DNA of 62,268 bases, filler included, from Nemertoderma westbladi (taxonomy: Eukaryota; Animalia; Xenacoelomorpha), in NCBI GenBank assembly GCA_032718475.1. It is 5 parts of 5 records of this genome, joined end to end, with 100 filler letters (N's around TTAATTAATTAA, not from the genome) between each part and the next. Parts side by side here need not be neighbours in the genome. Positions count along the whole stretch, not along the records: positions 1 to 26,151 come from JAUCBJ010007150.1; 4 more parts are not named here. One strand, written 5' to 3'. The notes under the pieces were generated by a model. That model saw nothing but the letters and a program-made list of their open reading frames with translations. It made no database searches and was not told the DNA's origin. Shown one piece after another: positions 11,118 through 22,639 of the stretch. Both the position numbers and the translations under genes were made by a program. Position 1 is the first letter of the stretch, and the number at the start of each line of letters is the position of its first letter.

Positions 11118-12547
11118 GTGAGTGGTTTATTGGTTTAATCCTATTTTTGGCTCATTCCATACAAATGTCAACCGCAGTGCCAATTTTGAAAAAAGTGAAT
11201 TATTGCTTCTCATATCAATTTTCAGAACCAATATATTATGATGCGATTTACAAATTTAATATAAAAAAACCGCATCTAATTTGGTTAACTTTCTGAAATC
11301 AGGGGTGATATGCACCAATTTAGAATAGAATGAGTCTAATTAGTTCACTAATTAGTGTAGACTCAGTCTAGAGTTAGATCAGTCTAATTTCTATATGCAC
11401 CAACATTTTCCAGTCTATTCTATTACTAGTTCAGTCTAATTAGATTAGACTGGAAGAACCAATACAATGATTAGCCTCAATTGCATCAAATCCAATCACA
11501 GATCAGCATTTTTTTTAATGATTTATCATTGGCTGCCTGTCTAACACTGCATAGATGTTACCTTAATTATTAATACTCCAGTACTCTGCTGGAATTGTGT
11601 TGTGTGGTGCTGGTTTTTTACATTGTGGCTTGTACTTAGGCCTACATGTACATTGTGCAGTTGTGGGATGTTTCCTGATGTTATACCGGCTACCGGCAGA
11701 CATGTATGCTCAACTTACTCTGTTACTGTAAATACACTGAAATAGGCCTAAGCTAAATAAATAAATAGATAAATAAATGCTTAATCCCTACCGAAGAAGG
11801 CCTAGGTACTTCTGTACTTTGTAGGATAGCCTAGGCCTACACACTGACTCTGACACAGGTGCTGGTCACCTCGCCGCACTGCTACTTCTCAGCAGGTCAC
11901 CTCGCCGCAGATAATGTGCGGCGAGGTGACTTTGCGGCGAGGTGTCTCACTGCGAATGCCATGTCAGCATGTCGCCGCAAATGTCATGGGGTGGATGGCA
12001 GCCCTGGGCCACGTGGCACGTGGCCACGTGGGGTGTTTTCTTTCTTTAACCTTTCAGTTTGTTTACTCTGACCTAACTGACCGGTTGTTTTGGTTAGAAA
12101 TCCCGCCTCTGTAACCTGCTCCTTTCCCTGATATGGTAAAGTGACCGTTTATTGTTTTGGTTAGAAAGGCCCGCCTCTGCAACCTGCTCCTTCCCTTCAT
12201 TTTGTAAAGTGACTGTTTATTGTTTTGGACTGGAGGGCCCCCAGTCCGGTTATTACCCTTATTTATTACCGGTATTTAAATATTTTATCAAGAGTTTTAT
12301 AGTGGCAGCCATGGGCCACCATACACAGATGTAGGGCCACCTACCTGCCTACTTCCAACTTCAGTACTGCAGTACTTGCTACCGGTACCGGTGACACTTC
12401 CTAGCTCATTTCATTCACTTCTATCTTACTATTGAACGCAGAATTCAGTCTTTAGTTGCATAATTCCTAATTATAATTCGTAGTCGTAGTCCCTCTGTCT
12501 CTCTGTCTGTCCCTCCCATACAGCAGTACTAGGTCTATTAATATGTA

Positions 12548-13405
12548 ATGATGAGTATTACTCGTGACATATCGAAGAGAATTGTATCCTTGGTTCAAGA
12601 GACATTTTATAACGAAATATCGGGTACTGATCGCGGCGGTGATTCCAATAGAAAGCGCATTAAAGCATGGGCAGAGATTGCAAAAATTATCTGTGCTGAG
12701 AATCATTCGATAAAAAAAACTCCATTGGAAATAAAAAAACACTATTATTATGTGAAAGGTGAAGCCAAGAAGAAGGCACTTTCAGTTAAGGCATCCCATA
12801 CGAAAACTGGAGGTGGACCACGTGAGAAACCAATGACCGAAACTCAGCTCCTCGTGTACGATTTTAATCGCGATAGTACTTCATTTAATGGCCTTCCATA
12901 TTTTTTGGATTCGCCGGTCTCTACGACTACTTCTGCGGATAATAGGCCTACCGGTAATAATAGGCCTAGAGTTAGAGATGCTATTGTTCCCCAATGTCTC
13001 CCTCTCCCTCAAGAAACAGTACCGTCAACAGCTCCGGTTGAATCAAATTTTATCTCCAGTTTCATTGGAAACACGACCGAGACGATTGATCTTGAATGTT
13101 TAAATGATAATACGCCGTTGGCCCCGTTGCCTAATATTGTTGATCTAGACGATCTAACCACCGGTAATAGTAGTGAAGCTGCAGATCCTAGTTCCTCTGC
13201 AGTTGGTGTTCCTACAGTTTCTCCGCAAGGTCGTAGTGCTCATCCTGGTTACCCGTCTAAAAGGCGCAAAGTAGCTGCAGGTTCGGAAGTTAAACAGTTG
13301 CAATTAGAAGTATTGTCGATGCAACTGAAAAACCAAAAACTCATGTTTTCTACACTCGAAAAATGTAATATTGCATTGGACAAGTATCTCGAGGGGCGCT
13401 ACTAA
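12548..13405 (+). CDS. Harbinger Myb/SANT-like DNA-binding protein
   Basis: N-terminal trihelix pattern (KRIKAWAEIA..KTPLEIKKHY..KGEAKKK..KTGGGP), low-complexity middle, C-terminal coiled coil. Lies inside the TIRs. Confidence 0.88.
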   Translation: MMSITRDISKRIVSLVQETFYNEISGTDRGGDSNRKRIKAWAEIAKIICAENHSIKKTPLEIKKHYYYVKGEAKKKALSVKASHTKTGGGPREKPMTETQLLVYDFNRDSTSFNGLPYFLDSPVSTTTSADNRPTGNNRPRVRDAIVPQCLPLPQETVPSTAPVESNFISSFIGNTTETIDLECLNDNTPLAPLPNIVDLDDLTTGNSSEAADPSSSAVGVPTVSPQGRSAHPGYPSKRRKVAAGSEVKQLQLEVLSMQLKNQKLMFSTLEKCNIALDKYLEGRY

Positions 13406-13973
13406 CAAACTAGACTGGTTGATTATTACCGATATCTTGATGTGAGCTTTAGGCATAATAAAAGGCATATGTTTTGCTTTCATTCCGAATTATTAACTAA
13501 TTAATTAATAGGGCTATGACAGTATATTTGTTTTGTTCGCTTGATTAGTCATTATCGATATTATAAGATATTATAAATAATATTTTTAATATTAATTATT
13601 TATTACATGGGAAAAAAGTATAACTTTTTCTCACTATTCTCGATATATGTTATTTACCGAGCGCAAGCGAGGTTAATAAAGATCTGAGAGAATAATAATG
13701 AAAAAATTGTTCTACATTTTTTCCCATGAAATTCATCCAAAAAGTTACAATTTAAGAATAAAATAGTTAGTCACCTATCTCTATCCTTTATCCTCCATTA
13801 TAATATATTCTCGATACATCCAATGGGAAGGAATAAATATTATTATTTAGTTTATTATAGACAACAACAAAACTCAACTCCGCCGCACTGCCATAAAATA
13901 ATTATCAGCAATTAATTAGGAACCGAAGGTTACTTTCTGTAAGAATTTGATGTAGTAATAGTATTATTGACCA

Positions 13974-14990
13974 TTAATTAGTAAAGTGGGTATTTACTAT
14001 GTGGTCTCTGTATGCAGCCCCTGAATTAAGCTGGACGGGAAACTCCATTTCATCTTCATTCTCGAACAACTGCAGACCTTCTTCTTGGGGCACATTCTGA
14101 CGTCGATCAATAGCAATGTTGTGCAAAACTGCGCAAGCTCCAATAATGTTAGGAACTCTATCCAACATTACCCGACATCCATCATACAGGACTCTGAAGC
14201 GCCTTTTCCAAATTCCAATGGTTTGCTCAACAAGCACCCTTGTTTTCCTGTGTGCTTTGTTATAACGTTTCTGTGAAGCTGTTAGAGGATTGAGAAATGG
14301 GCTCATCAACCAAGATCGACAAGGATATCCGGAGTCTCCGAGAACGATTCCGGTGCAGTCTCCATTCTCAAAAGAATTCCATAATTCGGAATTTCGAAGC
14401 ACCCACGAGTCGTGACAACTGCCGGGCCAACGAGCATTGCAATTCACAATCTTCATGTTGTGATCACATGCAATTTGTACGTTGATTGAGTAAAAAAATT
14501 TTCTGTTCATGAATGAATTGTCTGCTCTCGATGGATTCGGCATTCTTATATGCGTTCCATCAATGCAAGCTACAACTCCCGGAAATCCTGCAATTTCGAA
14601 AAATCCTGCTTGAGTTGTTTGTTTTGAAACAGCGCACACAGGGAATTTGACGAATTCTGGAACTTTTTGGTTCAAAGCGCTGCTTACTTGGGCAACAATT
14701 CTTGACACAGAACTCTGGTGTACACCAATTGTATCGCATACACTTTGTTGCAACGAGTTTGATGCAAAGTATCTCAGTGCAATACAGACTTGTGTGATTT
14801 TTGGAATCGGACGATTCAACAATGTGCCATAACCATTTAATTCGGGATCTAAAAGGTCGGTGATGTATCGAATGGTTTCACCATCAAAGCGATATCTTCT
14901 TAGCAATTCAGTGTCGTCAAATTCTAACAAAGGGTCGAGTATTGGTCTCGCATAACGTGGACATTCATACAGATCAACAACATCTGCCAT
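13974..14990 (-). CDS. Harbinger DDE transposase (HARBI1-like)
   Basis: HTH region IALRYFASNS..IGVHQSSVSR; catalytic motifs GVVACIDGTHI, WPGSCHDS, LGDSGY, RVLVEQTIGIWKRRF; LHN. Uninterrupted 338 aa. Confidence 0.96.
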   Translation of the reverse strand: MADVVDLYECPRYARPILDPLLEFDDTELLRRYRFDGETIRYITDLLDPELNGYGTLLNRPIPKITQVCIALRYFASNSLQQSVCDTIGVHQSSVSRIVAQVSSALNQKVPEFVKFPVCAVSKQTTQAGFFEIAGFPGVVACIDGTHIRMPNPSRADNSFMNRKFFYSINVQIACDHNMKIVNCNARWPGSCHDSWVLRNSELWNSFENGDCTGIVLGDSGYPCRSWLMSPFLNPLTASQKRYNKAHRKTRVLVEQTIGIWKRRFRVLYDGCRVMLDRVPNIIGACAVLHNIAIDRRQNVPQEEGLQLFENEDEMEFPVQLNSGAAYRDHIVNTHFTN

Positions 14991-15666
14991 ACTATATTAA
15001 TAGTTGTGTGATCAATGGTGATCAATAGTGTTCAATGTAAATTAACAGTTATTCGATGATATATTTTAAAATTGAATGTGATATCAGCTTGAGAATAATG
15101 TAAAAATTTTGATTTGTGCATTATTAAAAAAAGGTTTATTATGAATTATTACTTGTTTGACAATATTTCGTCTATGTTACTAACCAAAAAATAACATACT
15201 GACCATTCGAAAGAGCATATGGGCATAATCAGAAATTCGTAACATTTTTTACGAAAAATTAAGATATTTGAATGGGAATTTTTTGCTATTCGTGATTTTA
15301 TTTGGATAAATTCCTTCGAAAAATGACTAAAATAACAGAATGTTAACACTGTTAAAATACTAATATTAATACGTTAACTATATCTATACTATGTGTGGCA
15401 ATCAGTTTTGAAAACTTGCTAAAATTCTGGCGCTTTCTTCATGTCCCTACCTTCCATAAATTGATCAAATTTTGAATTAAACAATATCATATTCATGGTT
15501 TTTGTTTTCAAAATTTATTTTTTTAAGCTTAAGCAGATTTTATGGGCATTCGATTTCAGTTGTTTATTTTAATTACTAAAGGTTAGAGGTAGAAGTTTTC
15601 TTAGAGTTTTCCTCTATCGATTCTTGTAGTTTTTGTTCCAAAATGTATGCACAGGTCAGAGATATA

Positions 15667-15820
15667 ATTTCACGGCATAAACTAAACGTGCTGTGAAATT
15701 TCACGGCATAACCTAAATGTGCCGTGAAATTTCACGGCATAAACTATACGTGCTGCGAAATTTCACGGCATAAACTAAACGTGCCGCGAAATTTCATGGC
15801 AAAACTAAACTGCCGCGAAG
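15667..15820. repeat. ~31-bp palindromic tandem repeat inside the Harbinger
   Basis: About 5 copies of AATTTCACGGCATAAACTAAACGTGCCGTGA; TGCCGTGAAATTTCACGGCA is self-complementary. Confidence 0.85.
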
Positions 15821-17715
15821 CTGATTTATTTATTAACTGTGTCCGTTGTGGGCCACCGTAATAAACAGCTTGTTATTTTCGAATTATTATATTTTGAGCA
15901 CTATAAGCTCCAATAAACTTTGAGATTTTGTGTGATAAAGGTATCAAATTATCTTTGTTCCAAACAACAGCCATTAAATGATTATGCCCGATATTCGATA
16001 GTGGTGGTAGCGAGCTGTTCCCATGACCGTTATGGGAAATAGTTTTTACGTGAAATCGAAAGTTAATAGCGTGTTAGAAAGATGTTCTAAGCATTTTCAC
16101 AAACATAAAATATTATTTGACACCCTCGGCTCACCCATAATAATGTATTGCACTAATATCAAACTTTTACAAAGTTCTTTTGCTAAATTTTATGTGGCTT
16201 ACCGCTTACTCTACTTGCAGTACGTGTATATTGTAAATGTATGTACAATACAGTATAATGTCCACTCGTTACTCAATTTTATTTACTACAGAATAGCAAA
16301 TAGGCTGATTGTTTGGCTCGTAACTATTGGAAACATATCAGCAGCTGAGCAGAAACTATAATATTAGACACCTATTAGCTGTCTAATATTTATATTCTAA
16401 TTAGACTAGAAATTAGGCTAGTCTAAAGTTGGTGCATAATGATTAGACTGAGCTGGTTCTAATTAGGACAGGTTACCTAGTTCAGACTAATTAGATCGCT
16501 TGGTGCATACCACCCCTGGTGTTATTCGCCCTTACCGTTTAAAACTGCAAAAATACAGTGAACTAAGTGCATAATATGACAACCGTGTTTTATGAGTAGC
16601 TTTAGGCAGAAGGCAACGTAATAGAGTACTTTTCGAAGCAAAACAATCATATTTTCTAATGAAATCATTTGCTGTCAATTAAATAATAATAATAAGTTTT
16701 TAATTCAGCTAAAAAATGCCATATCTAAAATCGTAACTAGTAAAAATTAGCACCAGGATAATAAATAATGTTATATAGTGCATATAAAACAACTTTGTGT
16801 CTAATAATTCATTGCCCAAAGTCTACTTTCATCATAATGTCCCGCAATTTACGCTGAACACCATATTTTATTTGTACAGGATAGACATATTATAATAGAA
16901 TGATTTATTATTGATAGTAACAATGTGTTGGCAAGCTGTATTTTTCGAGGTGTTTTTTATTATACATTTATTATAGCAAGGGATCTAGTGGTCTTAACCT
17001 CGAATGATAAGTTTATTTTAACGAAAATAACTTATCTTTTACTGGCGCAATTGTAGGACTAATCCCATCACATGCGTACTTTTTAACCGGGTAGTGTACA
17101 AATTTGTACACTACCCCTAGATCCCTTCCTATAATAAATATATAATAATAGAATGATGTTATGTCGTTTGCAAAGCACAAATATATGTATCATTAATCTG
17201 GGATACTTAGTTTGTTTGTGGTGTTTCGTGTTATGTGGTAAACAGGTGTCCCGCACTTTACGTAAAGTGCGGGACAAAAAGGAGAAATATCAAAGGAAGT
17301 AGAGAAAGCGTGTACTTACATAGATGGAAGAACTTCAACTGAAATAATCATAACAGACATAATAACTTCATATCAATATCTGATATCAAGACACTATGAA
17401 AAAATGCCTGAAGATCACGTATATTTCAGTAAAATATCCTCAATATTTTAATTTTTATTCTATTTTATTTTTATTTTTATTCTATTTTTATTAGTTTTTT
17501 CATACTCTGAATAATATTTTGTAGGCCTACCATTAACCCGCCCTTCCTGGCTGGAGCGTAGTACAATCTCCCATATGCGCCACGACCTAGACCGTTCATG
17601 GTACGCTACTACAGTATTTATTAACGGTTTTATGGGTGCACTACAGTTCCATGTCTAATCTGGCTATCTAATCTGTATTACATTACGCCTACAGCGCACT
17701 TAATGGTATTTAGGA

Positions 17716-18344
17716 GCCCGCTTGACAGCGGGATACTTACTGTAAGAATCTCAGGGATACTTTCTGTAAAAATCTCAGGATACATTACACTGACTGACTG
17801 ACTGACATACTGACTGATAATTATCTAGGTTAAGGCACTTCCTGCCTGGCGATTTTGATAAAATTTTGCAAGTACATTGCTTTGGTGGTTCATAATCGCG
17901 TTACAAAATTTCAGATCGATTCTAGGCCCGCTTGACAGCGGGATACTTACTGTAAGAATCTCAGGGATACTTTCTGTAAAAATCTCAGGATACATTACAC
18001 TGACTGACTGACTGACATACTGACTGATAATTATCTAGGTTAAGGCACTTCCTGCCTGGCGATTTTGATAAAATTTTGCAAGTACATTGCTTTGGTGGTT
18101 CATAATCGCGTTACAAAATTTCAGATCGATTCTAGGCCCGCTTGACAGCGGGATACTTACTGTAAGAATCTCAGGGATACTTTCTGTAAAAATCTCAGGA
18201 TACATTACACTGACTGACTGACTGACATACTGACTGATAATTATCTAGGTTAAGGCACTTCCTGCCTGGCGATTTTGATAAAATTTTGCAAGTACATTGC
18301 TTTGGTGGTTCATAATCGCGTTACAAAATTTCAGATCGATTCTA
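17716..18344. repeat. 210-bp tandem repeat, 3 copies
   Basis: GCCCGCTTGACAGCGGG starts at 17716, 17926 and 18136. Each unit holds a short (ACTG)n. Confidence 0.96.
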
Positions 18345-20045
18345 TGTGTGGTATTCGATATATTTAGTTTTTTGACATTGTTTTGTCGCGAAATTAAAAG
18401 CAATGGTAAAATAACAGCTGGTGTTCATGATGAAATATGGCTTAATATGTTATACACAGTCATAGAAAAACGTGTTGGTTGCCAAGTTTTACTAGTAGGC
18501 TATAAGGAAAGGCAATGTTTACTCACACATAAGCTGTTGGTTTCCAATGTATTACCCCATAAGCTGATTGCTCTCCCAGTGCTTCCTAAGGGTATATCTA
18601 CAATAAGGTTACTCACTCTGCTATGTTAGGGGGTGGATCAGGAGAATGAATTTTAGTTACACAAAGCAGTATGTTGTGTCCTATTGCAGTCGATACTCAC
18701 TGTGGATTGCAAAATGTTTTATAGTTGACCTACACTATAATACAGTAGTTGCATGTATTTAAGGAGCCCGCTCTGGCCTACCGCCTAAGGAGTACCTATA
18801 TTACATATTCACATAGAATTCACTGGGAAGAGATATTCCGCTTGACGACGGGGTAATACCTATAGAAGGAAACTAAATTTGTTATTTGGCTCTATTCGTT
18901 GTTATTTATCTGGTTGTGCATCATGGGCATTTTTTATAAATATTCGGTAATCGCATCTTATATCTTGTAAACGTGCTTGATAATGAAATTATTTGCTTCA
19001 TTTTATATTTTTGTTAGTGGTAACTAAGTTGCATTTTTTATTATGTGGGGCGAGCCACAAAGTCAGCTAGCCTCACGCCTTGCAGTTTAGACAATTTTAG
19101 TTTACTTACTGCTGACTGACATAGTTCTTTGTAATAGTCTTGGCTAGGATTTTTCCCCCAGGCTCCTTCCAGCCAGCTTGCTGGCTTTCTAGTTTAACAT
19201 AAGCGTAAAATAATATTGAACTGCCCGGAGGTAATAATACAGCAAGTAGGAGCCACGCTTTACTAGGGCTTAGGCTACAAACAAATGATACAAATAAATT
19301 TGCTATCGCCGTGCCTACTATGCACTATATGTTGGCCTCTATTTGTTTTTCTACTCCATTTCTACTACATTGCCAGTGGTAGCAGAGCAATGTTTTTTGC
19401 TTCAATTTTGAGAAAGGAAAAGGAAAAACTTTGTTTGAAACTTTGTTACATTACGTATCGCAATATTGGAATGCTGGAATGGCATATTAAAGCCCGCTTA
19501 GCCGTATGTTGGAGGCCTATTAATTATATATATAATACATGCCGTAATTTTTAAAGTTTTCCAAAGTATGCACAAAAAGTCGTACGAATGTCCCGCACTT
19601 TACATGGAATGAGCCTTTTAATGATTACGTTTATAATTTTAATTTAAAATAATAAAAAAGAAATTTACATTTTAATTATTTTAATAATTATCATTTTATT
19701 ACTTCTAAAGTTTGTTGCAATATTAATAAGGTAGGCCAGGCCTAGCCTTGACCTATAAATTTATAACAATTATTGTGGTATTTCTATCTTTATGTCCTTT
19801 TCCTGTATGATTTTCAAAACAGGATATCACTAATTTTATATAAATGGAGATATAACAAAATTACTTCCACATAACACTATGTTACTTCAAACAAGTAAAT
19901 ATTATATTATAATAAATAACATGTGGAACATGTACAACTATTAAACATAATTTAATTTATATAATTGCAGAGGTCACGTCATACTGTAGAACTAGGCTAC
20001 TGTGTCATTTATTGCTCTTATATGTTAAACATTTGTTATTTGAAG

Positions 20046-20189
20046 CTCCTGGCATGATTGGGTTTCGTAGACCAAACTATTGGTTCAAGGAGAGTTGTAA
20101 TGATGCTGCCATTCCACTGGAGCGCAGTTGTGGATGCGATGGTAGAGTTTCGGTACGGTTTCAAGTGATAGATTTAACAGCTGTTACAG
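20046..20189 (+). CDS. SLC8A: Na+/Ca2+ exchanger exon, start of Calx-beta domain 2
   Basis: TTTGAAG| ... ACAG|GTGATT. (A)PGMIGFRRPNYWFKESCNDAAIPLERSCGCDGRVSVRFQVIDLTAVT(G). Phase 1 in, matching the 10888 exon. Confidence 0.88.
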
Positions 20190-20930
20190 GTGATTATAGT
20201 AATATAATATATTATTATTCAACAACATGCACAATGTGCCAATGTTGGCATTAGTTACTACAATGATAGATAACTGAAATAGGATACTGAAAGTAAACTG
20301 AGCAATCGTATCAACTATAGGCTAAAAAGTGACATAATTATAATGCACAAATATATAGTACCCAGCGCCACAATTCCAATTTTACAAACCTTTAACCAAT
20401 TAAACATTACGTATTTCATTACAAAATTTGTATAAATATTAATTACTAGAGTGAAACAATTACAAATTTCGGAAATGAAGGGTTGGGGGGGGGGGGGGAT
20501 ATGTCTAAGCAGTTACTTCTAAAGCATTTTTACGTAATTTCAGAGCTTTATAAATGAATAGGGATAGATTTGTTATTACATTCGGCGAAGGCGAAGACAT
20601 AATTTTCCTAAATTTAAAGAGGGAAGGAAAACGTGAATAGTAGCAATGGAGCTATGAAAATGTTGCGAATAGTTTGATAGGCATGACAAACCAGCAAAAA
20701 ATGAAACTCATCTTCCACCACATTTATTGAACAGATCTGACAAAAACGTTCATTGCGTGGCACATGGTGCCACCTAGCAGTCTCTATGTGCAGGTCATGC
20801 GAACCGCAACTAAACCGAGATAATAAATGAATTGTTGTGGGATGAGTGACGCGGTGAATTAGATATGTAATGTAAATAGGACAATATGATAATGCTCTCC
20901 ATAGCGAAAAATATATTCATGTACACTCAC

Positions 20931-20972
20931 CCCGGCTGATGATAACCAGAAGTTTGAAACCTAGGTACCGGG
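20931..20972 (+). ncRNA. Candidate minimal type-I hammerhead ribozyme
   Basis: CCCGG-CTGATGA-TAACCAGAAGTTT-GAAA-CCTAGG-TA-CCGGG: stem I 5 bp, palindromic stem III, GUA site. The stem II closing pair is U-U instead of G-C. Confidence 0.45.
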
Positions 20973-21169
20973 TTCGAGCCCCAATAGGGACGGTTGATAT
21001 TTTTCACTATGGAGAGCATTATCATATTGTCCTATTGACATTATATATTTAAACCGGGATAATGCATTGCGAAGGGTTGGCTTGTCTTTTAGGTGAAAAA
21101 GGTAATTCTCAGGATGAAAAGACACATAGACACAAAGACACAACTAGCCCTTCGGCGATGCATCAATCT

Positions 21170-21420
21170 TACCCCACTATTCTTGTATAAAGTTATCTAT
21201 AATAGTTACAAGAAGTTCAAATAAAAACTGCCTTTCATTATCAACCTTCTGCGCTACCCATACTTCACTAAATCCGTTACGATTCAACAATTCAAAACAA
21301 CTTTAGATGCTCAGTTAACGAAATTGATATCATGTAGTTGAGATATGTACGGCTGCTTAACCTGCTTTAAGATTTTCAACCAATACTTTATTATGAGCAT
21401 GCCCGAGGAGGGCCCTTGCT
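21170..21420 (-). pseudogene. Old LINE ORF2 C-terminal remnant
   Basis: Minus-strand peptides IKYWLKILK and NGFSEVWVAQKVDNE, typical of post-RT regions of L2/RTEX-like LINEs. Confidence 0.55.
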
Positions 21421-22133
21421 GTACTTTAGTGAAAGATTATATTGGAACTCCTCAGAACAGATGTCTGTCCCATCAAGTAAGGAAGGCTGTGTGGTCAACC
21501 AACCAGTCTTGCCAGTCAGGCCGCCAGTCTTGTAATTTACTGTGCCACTGTTCTTTGTTGGTTTTGTTTTACATGATCATTCCACCCGGGAATGTTACAA
21601 TGGTCATTAGATGAATTCTTGTGAGACTTTTTAATAAAAGAAGCACTAGATTGCTGCAGGACATTTATAATCTCTGTATACAGACCATCTATGTCCGACT
21701 GATGAGACTGTCACTCCAATTTATCAACTTAATATTGGCAATTATTGGATCCAAGAGACTATTAACACAGTCTGCATACCCAGTGGTATCACCGCCATTG
21801 TGAGACCACTGATATTTGGGCAGCGGAGCCTTTATGCTGTCCTCCCCAGGATGAATGCGATTTAAATGAATAATTTTAGCATATCAAAAAATGGAAATGG
21901 GCATGTGATCAAATTAAGCTATCGAATCTAACCAGACTGCAGTTCTTCTGTCTGGAACTAGGAAGTGGAATCTTTGAAAGAGTAAACCTTTACCCTTTCG
22001 TTGATTATAAGCCTTTTGAGCTGATGCACTTGGCAGAGGTATACTACATGAATACTACACGTATACTACCATATGCTATGCCTTTGCTAGGATTCTGATA
22101 AAGCGTATGACTTAAACTTCAAAAGTGACTTAA

Positions 22134-22639
22134 CCCTATCCATACCGGGGGGGGGGGGGGGGGGGGGGGCACTTTATTTGGAGACGCACTTTATTTGATT
22201 GCTTGGTTCAAAGCCAAACCACATTTATTGCAAGTGAAATTCCGTTACTTTTCCTAAAATTTATTATTCTTTATCTTAAAACAAAAATTAATTTTCATAT
22301 TATTATTTATGACCATGAAAATGACACGTAAACTGACCTGTCTCTGAAACTGTCATATTATTGCTGAACTATTGTAGGAGGGAAATTTAAAATTCAATCA
22401 ATTTAATATCAATTTAAATTCAATTTAAACATAATTATAGTATATAAATATTATATTTGAGCATTAGTGTGTGGCATATTTGAATAGAGGAATAAATTTT
22501 GTATCTAAAACTTTTTACTTTAAAGTAATATCATCACACCACACAAAGTTATATGCTTCCAAACTTTACGTCCCCAAAAGTCCCCCCCCCCCCCCCCCCC
22601 GGTAGTTTGAGCATCTAAAGTACCCCGGTATGGCTAGGG
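22134..22639. mobile_element. piggyBac-like MITE (506 bp)
   Basis: TTAA|CCCTATCCATACCGGGG ... CCCCGGTATGGCTAGGG|TTAA: CCC/GGG termini and TTAA TSD. Confidence 0.85.

Larger units (their letters stand above)
11303..16515. mobile_element. PIF/Harbinger DNA transposon, apparently complete (~5.2 kb)
   Basis: TIRs GGGTGATATGCACCAA / TTGGTGCATACCACCC, flanked by CAG and CTG (CWG-type target). Subterminal TTAGAC/GTCTAA clusters at both ends. Two convergent ORFs. Confidence 0.93.
11149..19615. mobile_element. Large non-autonomous TIR element hosting nested insertions
   Basis: 12-bp TIR GGCTCATTCCAT (11149-11160) / ATGGAATGAGCC (19604-19615), TTTT on both flanks. Motif GTCCCGCA(C/A)TTTAC at ~16839, 17248 and 19590. 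Confidence 0.6.

Noticed and set aside
13974-14990. Domesticated HARBI1 host gene
   Set aside because: It lies within TIRs together with a Myb-like partner, so it is a transposon.
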